Positions 7,795-16,438 of a DNA stretch of 64,000 nt are shown here, piece after piece. Made by a program: the position numbers and the translations under genes. Source of the stretch: Thermoleophilia bacterium (GTDB taxonomy: Bacteria > Actinomycetota > Thermoleophilia > Gaiellales > Gaiellaceae). Location of the stretch: positions 6,575-70,574 of the forward strand of contig JAICSH010000006.1 in NCBI GenBank assembly GCA_025936995.1. The letters are read 5' to 3'. The first letter of the stretch is position 1. Every line of letters starts with the position of its first letter. Under the pieces are notes generated by a model. It ran no database searches, had not been told where the DNA came from, and saw nothing but the letters and a program-made list of their open reading frames with translations.

Positions 7795-8444
7795 GCCGTC
7801 GCGAGGATTGCACACGCGCGTCCCCGCACGCCGACGCGGTGCTTCCAGTCGAGGCCGCGCTTGTCCGCGAGAACTCGCGTCTGCGCCTCCACATTCCAGC
7901 CGGCCGTCTCGACGGCCTTTCGCAGCCCGCGCGGATTGAAGACGAACCACTCGCCCCCATCGCGCCGTGCGTCGAGCCTGGCGAGCGGCGCCGGAAGAAG
8001 CGACAGCGGAAGGGAGACGGTGTCGAGCAGGAGCAACTCGCGGCTCACGCGCCGCACCGCCTCGAGAGCGCCGAGCGGATCGGCCACTACCTGGAGCACG
8101 TAACCCATGAACGCGAAGTCGAACTCACCGTCGAGCTCGTAGAGATCGCACTCCTCGTAGCGGACGCGCGAGCCGAGCTTCGTCTGTGCCTCCTCGAATC
8201 GAGCCCGGCACAGCGACTGGAAGTAGGACGGCCGGTCGATCGCGACGACGTCGGCCGCGCCGCGTCGCTCGAGCTCGAACGCCCAGAAGCCGTCTGCCGT
8301 CCCGATGTCGACGCAGCGCTTCCCACGCAGGTCGGGCCACGGGAGCTTCGGCACGAGCGGGCGAAAGTCCCACCACGCGTCGGTGACAGAGCCGTCGGGA
8401 AGCTCGATCGCGTGCCACCAGCGCTCCGGCTCGTCAGGAGCCAA
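7791..8444 (-). CDS. Class I SAM-dependent methyltransferase
   Basis: SAM-binding motif I is CVDIGTADGFWAFEL, followed by acidic VVAID. It overlaps both neighbouring genes. Confidence 0.8.
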   Translation of the reverse strand: MAPDEPERWWHAIELPDGSVTDAWWDFRPLVPKLPWPDLRGKRCVDIGTADGFWAFELERRGAADVVAIDRPSYFQSLCRARFEEAQTKLGSRVRYEECDLYELDGEFDFAFMGYVLQVVADPLGALEAVRRVSRELLLLDTVSLPLSLLPAPLARLDARRDGGEWFVFNPRGLRKAVETAGWNVEAQTRVLADKRGLDWKHRVGVRGRACAILATA

Positions 8445-9549
8445 ACGGGCCCATGGTCGGGAACCTGTCCTCGCCGTCGAGGAGGTGCCGGAGGAAGAGG
8501 GCGACGCCGACGTCGCCGGCGAAGAGGGAGTAGCGGCCGCGGCCCACCGCGGCCCGCTCCCGCTCGACCTGGCCGATCGCGTGCAACGCGAAGGCGCGCG
8601 CGCGGTCGAGCCAGAGCTCGTCGCCCGTCCGCCGGTGGAGGACGAGGAACGCGTACCCGTTGCCGGCGGTGCCGTGGCAAAGGCCGGGACCCTTCCCGAG
8701 CGGCCCCGCCCGCCACGTCAGCTCGCCGCCGGCGACCGCGAGGTCGAGGTCGAGCAGATCTCCGAGCGTCGCAACCATCCCGGGCGCGCCGTGGCACCAC
8801 TGGACGCGGGTCTCCTCCGGTCCGCACCCCTCGGCCGGGATCCAGTTCACGAGCTCGCCGTCGCGGAGGACGTACGGCTCGAGGTCGACGAGCTGCACCG
8901 GGACCCGGTTGGCGAGCGCGCGGACATTTCCCGCGTAGCCGTGCGCCGGGCCGAGGTACCGGGCGGCGCTCGAGCCGATGTGCGACGTCCATAGCCCATC
9001 GGGATCGCGCGCCGCCTCGACGCGCTCCGCGGCCGCGCGCCACGCCTCGTCCCAGCGCGGCTCGCCCGTCCACGCGAGCATCGCCTCGGCGACGAGCATC
9101 GACCCGGGCGTCCCGAGCATCACCTCGTTCGCCTCGGCATCGAGACCGCCGAGAACGAGCTCGTGGATGCGGTCGGCGAGGCCGGCGTCGCCGGTCAGCC
9201 GGAAGGCGACAAGTGCGATCCCGACCTCCCCGAAGTGGTAGCTCGTCTCGACGGGATCCTCGTCCCAGGGAGAGGGGCGCGCCCGGTAGTGCTCGACGAA
9301 CGACACGGCCGCGTCCCCCCAGCCGGTCGAGCCGAGCTCGTGGAGCGCCCAGATCACCCCCGCGCCGCCGATGTAGACGTCCGAGAAACCCCATTCCTCG
9401 TCTTCGCGCGGGTGCCACGGCCACCGAGTGCCGTCGAACGCGGCTTCCGCGTCGGCGACGATGGTCGCGATCGCCTCCTCGACGCGCGCGTCGTCCCACT
9501 CCCCGGCGGCGAGCGGCTCGTGCTCCGACGGGCGGAAGAGATCAGCCAA
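8434..9549 (-). CDS. Stand-alone LanC-like (lanthionine synthetase C family) protein
   Basis: All LanC signature motifs are visible: GGAGVIWAL, GPAHGYAGN, QWCHGAPGM and LCHGTAGNG (the Zn-ligand Cys/Cys/His positions). Confidence 0.85.
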   Translation of the reverse strand: MADLFRPSEHEPLAAGEWDDARVEEAIATIVADAEAAFDGTRWPWHPREDEEWGFSDVYIGGAGVIWALHELGSTGWGDAAVSFVEHYRARPSPWDEDPVETSYHFGEVGIALVAFRLTGDAGLADRIHELVLGGLDAEANEVMLGTPGSMLVAEAMLAWTGEPRWDEAWRAAAERVEAARDPDGLWTSHIGSSAARYLGPAHGYAGNVRALANRVPVQLVDLEPYVLRDGELVNWIPAEGCGPEETRVQWCHGAPGMVATLGDLLDLDLAVAGGELTWRAGPLGKGPGLCHGTAGNGYAFLVLHRRTGDELWLDRARAFALHAIGQVERERAAVGRGRYSLFAGDVGVALFLRHLLDGEDRFPTMGPFGS

Positions 9550-10723
9550 CGCCTGCGAGCAGGAAGGCGCGCGACTCGCGGAGCATCTCGCGCGCGATCA
9601 CGAGCCGCTGGATCTCTTGCGTCCCCTCGTAGATCTGCGTGATCTTCGCGTCGCGCATGAAGCGCTCGACGGGGTACTCCCGGATGTAGCCGTAGCCGCC
9701 CAGGATCTGCACCGCCTCGGTCGTCACCGCCATCGCGACGTCGCCGCACTTGAGCTTCGCCATCGCCGACGCCTTCGTCAGCTCCTGCCCCTCGACGCCC
9801 TCGTCGACCATGCGCCCGTAGCGGTAGAGGAGGCCGCGCGCCGCCTCGCACTCCGTCTCCATGTCGGCGAGCTTCGCCTGGATCAGCTGGTGCTGGCCGA
9901 TCGGCTTCCCCATCGTCTCGCGCGTCTTCGCGTATTCGAGGGCGTAGTCGGTCGCACCCTGCGCGATCCCGAGCGCCTGTGCCGCGATCCCGGGGCGGGA
10001 GCGGTCGAGGATCCGCATCGCGATCCGGAAGCCCTCTCCCTCCTCGCCGAGGAGGTTCCCGGCGGGGATGCGGCAGCCGTCGAACGTGAGCTCTCCTGTG
10101 GTGGAGCCCGAGATGCCCATCTTCGGCTCGAGCCGCGCGACCGCGAAGCCGGGCGTGTCGGCCTCGACGACGAAGGCCGAGATCCCGGAGTGGCCCGCCT
10201 CCGGGTCGGTCTTCGCGAAGACGGTGTAGAGGTTCGCGACGCCGGCGTTCGTGATGAAGCGCTTCGAGCCGTCGAGGACGTACTCGTCGCCCTCGCGGCG
10301 CGCCGTCGTCCGCATCGCGGCAGAGTCGGACCCGGAGCCGGACTCCGTCAGCGCGTATGCGGGCAGCCATTCGCCCGAGGCGAACCTCGGGAGATACCGC
10401 CCCTTCTGCTCCTCGCTGCCGGCGAGCTTGAGGCCGAGCGAGCCGAGCTCCTGCACGGCGAGGATGAGGGCCGAAGTCGCGCAGACCTTCGCCACCTCCT
10501 CGATCGCGATCAGCGAGAGGAGTGCCCCGGTGCCGAGCCCGCCGTGCTCCTCGGCGAAGAAGAGCCCGAAGATGTCGTTCTCGCGGAACAGTTCGACGAC
10601 GTCCCACGGAAACTCGTGCGAAGCGTCGATCTCGGCCGCTCGCGGCGCGATTCGCTCGCGCGCGAGCTGCCGGACGAGGTCGCGCAGCTCGCGCTGCTCG
10701 TCGGTCAGGACGTCCCAGGGCAT
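9542..10723 (-). CDS. Acyl-CoA dehydrogenase
   Basis: Typical ACAD sequence (YALTESGSGSD, GKPIGQHQLIQ, IYEGTQEIQRLVIAR). The start is set at ATG 10723 (MPWDVLTDEQRELR). The stop overlaps the LanC-like start by 8 nt. Confidence 0.9.
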   Translation of the reverse strand: MPWDVLTDEQRELRDLVRQLARERIAPRAAEIDASHEFPWDVVELFRENDIFGLFFAEEHGGLGTGALLSLIAIEEVAKVCATSALILAVQELGSLGLKLAGSEEQKGRYLPRFASGEWLPAYALTESGSGSDSAAMRTTARREGDEYVLDGSKRFITNAGVANLYTVFAKTDPEAGHSGISAFVVEADTPGFAVARLEPKMGISGSTTGELTFDGCRIPAGNLLGEEGEGFRIAMRILDRSRPGIAAQALGIAQGATDYALEYAKTRETMGKPIGQHQLIQAKLADMETECEAARGLLYRYGRMVDEGVEGQELTKASAMAKLKCGDVAMAVTTEAVQILGGYGYIREYPVERFMRDAKITQIYEGTQEIQRLVIAREMLRESRAFLLAGVG

Positions 10724-10753
10724 GGCGGCAAGGATCGTACGGGAAGCGTCGAC

Positions 10754-10759
10754 TACGCT
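10754..10759 (+). promoter_or_regulatory. -10-like hexamer TACGCT, 7 nt upstream of GTG 10767 (putative leaderless promoter)
   Basis: It matches TANNNT and uses the same geometry as several other genes in this window. Confidence 0.35.
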
Positions 10760-10766
10760 CGCGCTC

Positions 10767-12278
10767 GTGATCCTGCGCAACGGGACGATCCGCACGCTCG
10801 ATCCATCACTGCCGACGGTCTCGTCCCTCTGGATCGCGGGCGACCGGATCGCGGGCGGGGTCGGCGTGCACGAGGCGGCGCTGCCGAGCCCGGAGACGGT
10901 GGATCTCGGCGGCCGCTGCGTCCTGCCCGGGTTCACCGACTCGCACGTCCACTTCCCCACCTGGGCCCTCGCGCGGCACGACGTGCGCCTCGACGGCTGC
11001 GCGTCGCTCGCGGATGCGCTCGACCGGGTGCGCGCGGCGCCGCGAACCGGAACCTGGCTGCGCGGCCAGGGCTGGCGGGACGCCGACTGGCCCGACGGCC
11101 CGCCGACCCGGCAGGCGCTCGACGAGATCGAGCCCGAACGGCCCGCGATGCTGATCTCGAAGGACTACCACGCGCTCTGGCTCAACTCCGTCGCGCTCGC
11201 GCTCGCGGGCGGCTACCTCGAGGTCGAGGGAGGCGTGGTGGTCCGCGACGAGCACGGCGACGCGACCGGCGTCCTCTACGAGCGTGCGGCGTGGGAGTTC
11301 AAGGAACGCCACGCGCGCGTGCCGGACGACGAGTACGTCGAGGCGATGCGTGACGGCGTCAAGGTCGCGGCCTCGCGCGGCGTCACGGCGCTGCACGACA
11401 AGGACGGCTGGCTCGGCGCGATCGGGCTCTGGCAGCGGCTCGAGCAGCAGGGCAGCCTGCCGCTCCGCGTCTGGCAGTCGACGCCCGCCGACCGGCTCGG
11501 CGACCTCCGCAACCTCGGCCTGCGTAGCGGCGTCGGCTCTCCCCTCCTCCGACTCGGCTACCTCAAGGCGTTCATGGACGGAACGCTGGGCTCGCAGACG
11601 GCCTGGATGGCGGACCGCAGTGGAGTCACGATCACGAGGAGCGAGGATCTCGAGGAGATCGTCCGCGATGGCGCCGAGGCCGGCTGGCCCGTCGGCGTGC
11701 ACGCGATCGGCGACGCGGCGAACGCAGCGGCGCTCGACGCATTCGAGCGTTCTCGGGAAGCGTGGCAGCCGCGCGGCCTCCGCCCGCGGATCGAGCACGC
11801 GCAGTGCCTCGCCCCGGGCGACGTCTCACGCTTCGCCGAGCTAGGCGTCGTGGCCTCCGTCCAGTTCTCCCACGCGCCTTCCGACGAGGAGCTCGCGAAG
11901 CGCTTCTGGTCCGACCGCCTCGACCGCACGTACTCGTTCGGCGCACTCCTCGAGTCGGGCGCGCTCCTCGCGAACGGCTCCGACGCGCCGGTGGAGGAGC
12001 TCGAGCCGTGGGCCGGCGTCGTCGCCGCCGTCCTCGACCACTGGCGCGATGACCAGCGGCTGACGCTCGAGCAGGCGTTGCATGCGGTCTGCGTCGCGCC
12101 GGCGTGGCTGTCCCACGACGAGCGCGTCCGAGGGACGCTCGTCCCCGGCCGCTACGCCGACCTCGTGGTGCTCGACCGCGACCCGTTCGCCTGCGAGCCG
12201 GAGGAGCTGCGCGAGGTCCAGATCGTCGCGACGATGCTCGCCGGCCGCTGGACGCACAACCCGCCGCCCTGGGATTGA
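10767..12278 (+). CDS. Amidohydrolase family protein (YtcJ-like metal-dependent hydrolase)
   Basis: Motifs DSHVHF, HAIGD and GSDAPV. The start is either GTG 10767 or ATG 10722, and the latter would share its CATG with the divergent ACAD start. Confidence 0.85.
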   Translation: MILRNGTIRTLDPSLPTVSSLWIAGDRIAGGVGVHEAALPSPETVDLGGRCVLPGFTDSHVHFPTWALARHDVRLDGCASLADALDRVRAAPRTGTWLRGQGWRDADWPDGPPTRQALDEIEPERPAMLISKDYHALWLNSVALALAGGYLEVEGGVVVRDEHGDATGVLYERAAWEFKERHARVPDDEYVEAMRDGVKVAASRGVTALHDKDGWLGAIGLWQRLEQQGSLPLRVWQSTPADRLGDLRNLGLRSGVGSPLLRLGYLKAFMDGTLGSQTAWMADRSGVTITRSEDLEEIVRDGAEAGWPVGVHAIGDAANAAALDAFERSREAWQPRGLRPRIEHAQCLAPGDVSRFAELGVVASVQFSHAPSDEELAKRFWSDRLDRTYSFGALLESGALLANGSDAPVEELEPWAGVVAAVLDHWRDDQRLTLEQALHAVCVAPAWLSHDERVRGTLVPGRYADLVVLDRDPFACEPEELREVQIVATMLAGRWTHNPPPWD

Positions 12279-12305
12279 TCGGAAAAACATTTGATCAGAC
12301 CGCCT

Positions 12306-12336
12306 CGGATGCGGTTAGATCGCTCAACCGCGTCCG
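12306..12336 (+). other. 11-bp stem hairpin in the gap between the amidohydrolase and permease genes
   Basis: CGGATGCGGTT-agatcgctc-AACCGCGTCCG, with one G-U pair and no U-tract. The SD GGGGAGGAG follows at 12344-12352. Confidence 0.3.
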
Positions 12337-12357
12337 AACCTCAGGGGAGGAGTAACG

Positions 12358-13830
12358 ATGGAGGCTGCAACGCCGAGCGGCGGCCGCTTCGAGCATCTCC
12401 GCGAGCACTCGATCGGTCTGCCGCAGGTCCTGTTCCAGTCGATCACGCACATGGCGCCCGCCGCCGCGGTCGCCTACTCGATCTTCATCTCGGTGCCGTA
12501 CTCGCAGCAGGCACTGCCGCTCTCGGTGGGACTCGCGCTGATTGCGTGCCTCTGCGCCGCGACCGCGATCGGCCAGCTTGCGAAGCGCTTCCCGTCCGCC
12601 GGCGGGATGTACACGTACACGGCGCGGACGCTCGGCCCATGGGCCGGGTTCCTCGTCGCGTGGCTCTTCATCCTCTTCGAGCCACTTGTCGCCCCATTCC
12701 TCTACCTCGAGTTCGGCTGGGCGATGACCGACGTGTTCCAGAACTCGATCGGCTGGCACTACAGCGGCCAGTGGTGGATCTGGGTGACGCTCATGACGGT
12801 CGTCGTGTTCCTGCTCACCTACCGCGACATCCGCCTCTCCACGACGGCCGGCGTGATCCTCGGCGCGTTCGAGATCCTGATCTTCGGAGCTCTCGCGTTC
12901 TGGATGATCTTCTCGAACACCGGCCGGCTCAACCTTCAGCCGTTCAATCCGCATCACGCAGTCAACGAATGGAGCGGCGTCTTCAAGGGGATGGTGTTCG
13001 CGATCCTCGCCTTCATCGGCTTCGAGGCGTCGGCGCCGCTCGGCGAGGAGGCGAAGAACCCGCGCCGGACGGTCCCGTTCGCCGTGGTGGGCTCCGCGCT
13101 CGTGATCGGCGTCTTCTACGTCCTCTGCGCGTACGCCTGGGTGTTCGGAGCCGGCTTCGACAACTTCGTCAACCAGGCGACGACGAACGCCGATCCGTGG
13201 CGCAGCCTCGGGAAGGCGTTCTGGGCTGGCGGATGGGTGCTCGTCTTCCTCGCGATCTGCAACTCGATCGCGGCGAACTCGAACGCTGCCGTCAACGCTG
13301 CGACGCGTGTCTTCTACGCGCTCTCGCGGAACGGCCTCGCGCCGAAGCGGCTCGGCCACATCCACGAGAGGTTCCGGACGCCGGACGTCGCCATCTTCGG
13401 CATGTCCGCCTTCGCGCTCGTGATCTCGCTGCTCTTCGGCTGGAAGTGGGGCCCCCTCGACGGGTTCTTCACGATCGCAACGATGGCCGTGCCGCCGGTG
13501 ATCCTCGTCTACATGCTCGTCTCTGTCGGCTCGATGGCCTATTACATCGGCCCTCTCCGCCGGCACTTCAACGTGTTTCTGCACGTGCTGATCCCGATCG
13601 GCGGGATCGTCCTCTTCTTCTTCCCGCTCTACTACCAGTTCGTGAAGTACCAGCCCGTCTACCCGGAGAAGTACGGGAACTGGATCGATTACGCGTGGGT
13701 CGGACTGGGAATCGTGCTCACGCTCTTCCTGGTTGCAACGCGGCCGGACAAGATCGCGGACATGGAGCGCGTGTACGTCGAAGACGAAACAGCACCGGAA
13801 AGTGACACAGCACCATCGCCTGCCTCGTAG
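12358..13830 (+). CDS. APC-superfamily amino acid permease
   Basis: About 12 hydrophobic segments and the motif KRFPSAGGMYTY. A strong SD sits 5 nt upstream of the ATG. Confidence 0.9.
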   Translation: MEAATPSGGRFEHLREHSIGLPQVLFQSITHMAPAAAVAYSIFISVPYSQQALPLSVGLALIACLCAATAIGQLAKRFPSAGGMYTYTARTLGPWAGFLVAWLFILFEPLVAPFLYLEFGWAMTDVFQNSIGWHYSGQWWIWVTLMTVVVFLLTYRDIRLSTTAGVILGAFEILIFGALAFWMIFSNTGRLNLQPFNPHHAVNEWSGVFKGMVFAILAFIGFEASAPLGEEAKNPRRTVPFAVVGSALVIGVFYVLCAYAWVFGAGFDNFVNQATTNADPWRSLGKAFWAGGWVLVFLAICNSIAANSNAAVNAATRVFYALSRNGLAPKRLGHIHERFRTPDVAIFGMSAFALVISLLFGWKWGPLDGFFTIATMAVPPVILVYMLVSVGSMAYYIGPLRRHFNVFLHVLIPIGGIVLFFFPLYYQFVKYQPVYPEKYGNWIDYAWVGLGIVLTLFLVATRPDKIADMERVYVEDETAPESDTAPSPAS

Positions 13831-14719
13831 CGAGGTGATCTGGTCGTTCGGGCCCGACCTCCAGCCCGTGCTGGAGGTCGAGCCCGGCGACGTCGTCACC
13901 TTCGAGACGAACGACTGCTTCACGGGCCAGATCCGGAGCGAGGACGACCTCGTGACCGAGATCGACCTCTCGCGGATCAACGGCGCCACCGGCCCGGTCG
14001 CAGTCAAAGGCGCGGAGCCGGGCGACTCGCTCATTGCAGAGATCCTCGACGTGCGCCCGATCGAGTGGGGCGTCGCCACGCTCATCCCGGGCTTCGGCCA
14101 GCTCATCGAACACGTGCAGTCCCCGCTGACGCGGCTTTTCGAGGTGCGCGACGGCGTCGTGAAGATGAACGATCGCGTCTCGTTCCCCGCGCTACCGATG
14201 GTCGGCGTCGTCGGGGTCGCGACCGACGGGGAGGATCTCTCGAACGGGCTAGCCGGTCGCCACGGCGGCAACCTCGACGACCACTGGCACGGGAAGGGAG
14301 CCCGCATCTTCTTCCCCGTCCGCCAGCCCGGCGGCATGTTCGCGGTCGGCGACATGCATGCCGCGATGGGCGACGGCGAGATCTGCTTCACGGGCGTCGA
14401 GATCGCCGGCGAGGTCGACGTCCGCTTCCACGTCCTCAAGGACAAGCAGGCGACGTGGCCGGTGACCGAGCTCGCCGACCGCTGGCTGCCGCATGCAACC
14501 GCGCCGGAGTACGCCGAGGCGCTTCAGCTGGTGTCCGAGGAGGCGGCGCGCCTGCTCGTCGACGAGCACGGCTTCACGATGGAGGACGCCTTCATCTTCC
14601 TCTCGGTCGCGTGCGACGCCGGCGTCGCGCAGGCGTGCAAGCCGTGCGAGGGCTTCGGGACGATCGCACGCTTCTCGATCCCGAAGATCGACGCCTGCCC
14701 CGCTCCGTTCGGGGTCTAG
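13802..14719 (+). CDS. Acetamidase/formamidase family protein
   Basis: Motifs HGGNLD and VGDMHAAMGDGEICFTGVE. I prefer the start GTG 13802 (TQHHRLP...) over GTG 13835. Confidence 0.85.
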   Translation: MTQHHRLPRSEVIWSFGPDLQPVLEVEPGDVVTFETNDCFTGQIRSEDDLVTEIDLSRINGATGPVAVKGAEPGDSLIAEILDVRPIEWGVATLIPGFGQLIEHVQSPLTRLFEVRDGVVKMNDRVSFPALPMVGVVGVATDGEDLSNGLAGRHGGNLDDHWHGKGARIFFPVRQPGGMFAVGDMHAAMGDGEICFTGVEIAGEVDVRFHVLKDKQATWPVTELADRWLPHATAPEYAEALQLVSEEAARLLVDEHGFTMEDAFIFLSVACDAGVAQACKPCEGFGTIARFSIPKIDACPAPFGV

Positions 14720-14729
14720 ACGCGCGACG

Positions 14730-14735
14730 TACAAT
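14730..14735 (+). promoter_or_regulatory. -10 hexamer TACAAT, 7 nt upstream of ATG 14743 (putative leaderless promoter)
   Basis: Near-consensus TANNNT with no SD before the ATG. Confidence 0.4.
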
Positions 14736-14742
14736 CGGACGG

Positions 14743-15102
14743 ATGGCCGTCCGCACGATGAACCCTGTCCACGAGGCGAGCACCTGTGCCGTCGCGGCGT
14801 CGGCCGCGATCATCGGCGCCAAGTGGACGGCGCTCCTCGTCCACGACCTCTCCGAGGGGCCGCGCCGCTTCTCCGAGCTCGAGCGCTCGTGCCAGGGCAT
14901 CAGCCCGCGCACGCTCGCCGAGCGGCTCCGAGCCCTCGAGGCCGACGGGATCCTCGAGCGCCGGAGCTACGCCGAGACGCCGCCGCGGGTCGAATACCGG
15001 CTGACGGACAAGGGCCAGTCTCTCCTGCCGATCATCGACGCGATGCGCAAGTTCGGCCACGAGTGGCTCGAGTGCGGGCGCACGCACCCGCACGAGCTCT
15101 AG
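14743..15102 (+). CDS. HxlR-family transcriptional regulator
   Basis: KWTALLVHDLSEGPRRFSELERS..GISPRTLAERLRALEADGILERRSY..PPRVEYRLTDKG. Confidence 0.85.
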   Translation: MAVRTMNPVHEASTCAVAASAAIIGAKWTALLVHDLSEGPRRFSELERSCQGISPRTLAERLRALEADGILERRSYAETPPRVEYRLTDKGQSLLPIIDAMRKFGHEWLECGRTHPHEL

Positions 15103-16427
15103 TCGTTCAGCCGGCCGAGAGCGGTCAGCAGCGCCGCGACCGTGTCGATCCCGGCCGCGAAGTACGGGACGTAGAACCGCTCGTTCGGTGAGTGGATGTT
15201 GGACTCGGGCAGCGCGAAGCCGCTGAGGACCGTGTCGATCCCCTTCTCGGTCAGCGCGGGCATGAGCGGGATCGTGCCGCCCGTGCGCGTCAGGAGGGGG
15301 CGCACTCCCAGCGCTTGCTCGAACGCGTCGAGGGCGAGCCGGATGGCCGGTGCGTCGGCACGGACGAGGCCCGGGTTGGTGCCGGAGACGACGATCTCGA
15401 GCTCGGCGCCGGCGGGCGCAGCGTCGCGCAGGAGCTGCTCGGCGGCCGCGCCGATCGTGTCGGCGTCCTGGCCCGGCGCGAGCCGGATCGTGAATTCGGC
15501 CGAGGCCGCGACGCTGAGCGTCGTGTTGCGGATTCCGGGCTTCCCTCCGAGGATCCCGTTCACGTCCAGCGCGGGCTCGCCCCACGTGCGGACGTAGAAC
15601 TCCTCCGCCGCGTTTGCGTACAGCGGTCGCGCGCCCTGATCCGAGAGCGCCTCGGCGCCGGGCGGTAGTTTCGCCCAGGCTTCGAGCTCGTCGGCCGTCG
15701 GGGGGACGATTCCCTGGCGGAGAGGCTCCGGCAGCAGGCCGTCCGGGCCGGCGAGCACCGCGTCGAGGCAGCGCATGAGCGCGTGGATCGCATTGAGCGC
15801 GGCGCCGCCGTAGACGCCGGAGTGGAGATCGCGTCCGCCGGTCCGCACCTTCACGTCGACGCCGACGAGACCGCGGGTCGCGAGCTCGATCGTCGGCACG
15901 TCCCGCCGGAGCATCCCGCCATCGAAGATCACGGCCACGTCTGCGCCGCGCTCGTCCTGCGTGAGGAAGTCGACGATCGTGTGTCCGCCGATCTCCTCCT
16001 CGCCGTCATACGCGAAGCGGAGGTTGACCGGGAGCGCTCCCGCCTCGACGAGCCGCTGCACCGCGCGGAGGACGACCCAGAGCTGGCCCTTGTCGTCCAC
16101 GACTCCGCGGCCGTAGGCCCACTCGCCGCGGATGTCGAGCTCGAACGGGTCGGACTCCCACAAGTCCAGCGGCGCGGGCGGCTGGACGTCGAAGTGGTTG
16201 TAGAGGAGCACGGTCGGCGCGTTGACGGCGCCGTTCGAGGCGGGAATCTCGCCGAGCACGAGCTCTCGCTCTCCGAACGGGGTCAGCTCCGCGGTGCCGC
16301 CGATGCGGCGGATGAAGTCGCAGACCCACTCGCCGGCGCGCTTCACGTCCTCCCGGTGAGCCGGGTCGGCGCTCACGCTCGGGATCGCGATCAGCTCCGC
16401 CAGCTCTGCGCGCCAGGCTTCTTCCAC
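15099..16427 (-). CDS. M20-family metallopeptidase (dipeptidase-like)
   Basis: Motifs NHFDVQP, GRGVVDDKG and EEIGG. It shares a CTAG double stop with the HxlR gene. Confidence 0.9.
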   Translation of the reverse strand: MEEAWRAELAELIAIPSVSADPAHREDVKRAGEWVCDFIRRIGGTAELTPFGERELVLGEIPASNGAVNAPTVLLYNHFDVQPPAPLDLWESDPFELDIRGEWAYGRGVVDDKGQLWVVLRAVQRLVEAGALPVNLRFAYDGEEEIGGHTIVDFLTQDERGADVAVIFDGGMLRRDVPTIELATRGLVGVDVKVRTGGRDLHSGVYGGAALNAIHALMRCLDAVLAGPDGLLPEPLRQGIVPPTADELEAWAKLPPGAEALSDQGARPLYANAAEEFYVRTWGEPALDVNGILGGKPGIRNTTLSVAASAEFTIRLAPGQDADTIGAAAEQLLRDAAPAGAELEIVVSGTNPGLVRADAPAIRLALDAFEQALGVRPLLTRTGGTIPLMPALTEKGIDTVLSGFALPESNIHSPNERFYVPYFAAGIDTVAALLTALGRLND

Positions 16428-16438
16428 GAGGCGATCCT

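Noticed and set aside
10722-10724. ATG 10722 as the amidohydrolase start. It would share the palindromic CATG with the divergent ACAD start codon.
   Set aside because: That would leave no promoter space for either gene. GTG 10767 is preceded by a TACGCT hexamer at leaderless spacing and gives a family-typical N-terminus (VILRNGTIRTLD). The choice remains uncertain.
14736-14753. The hairpin CGGACGG-ATGG-CCGTCCG, which places the HxlR start codon in its loop, as a translational control element.
   Set aside because: The stem is short and may simply reflect the GC-rich sequence. If the mRNA is leaderless, as the TACAAT geometry suggests, the 5' arm would not be transcribed at all.
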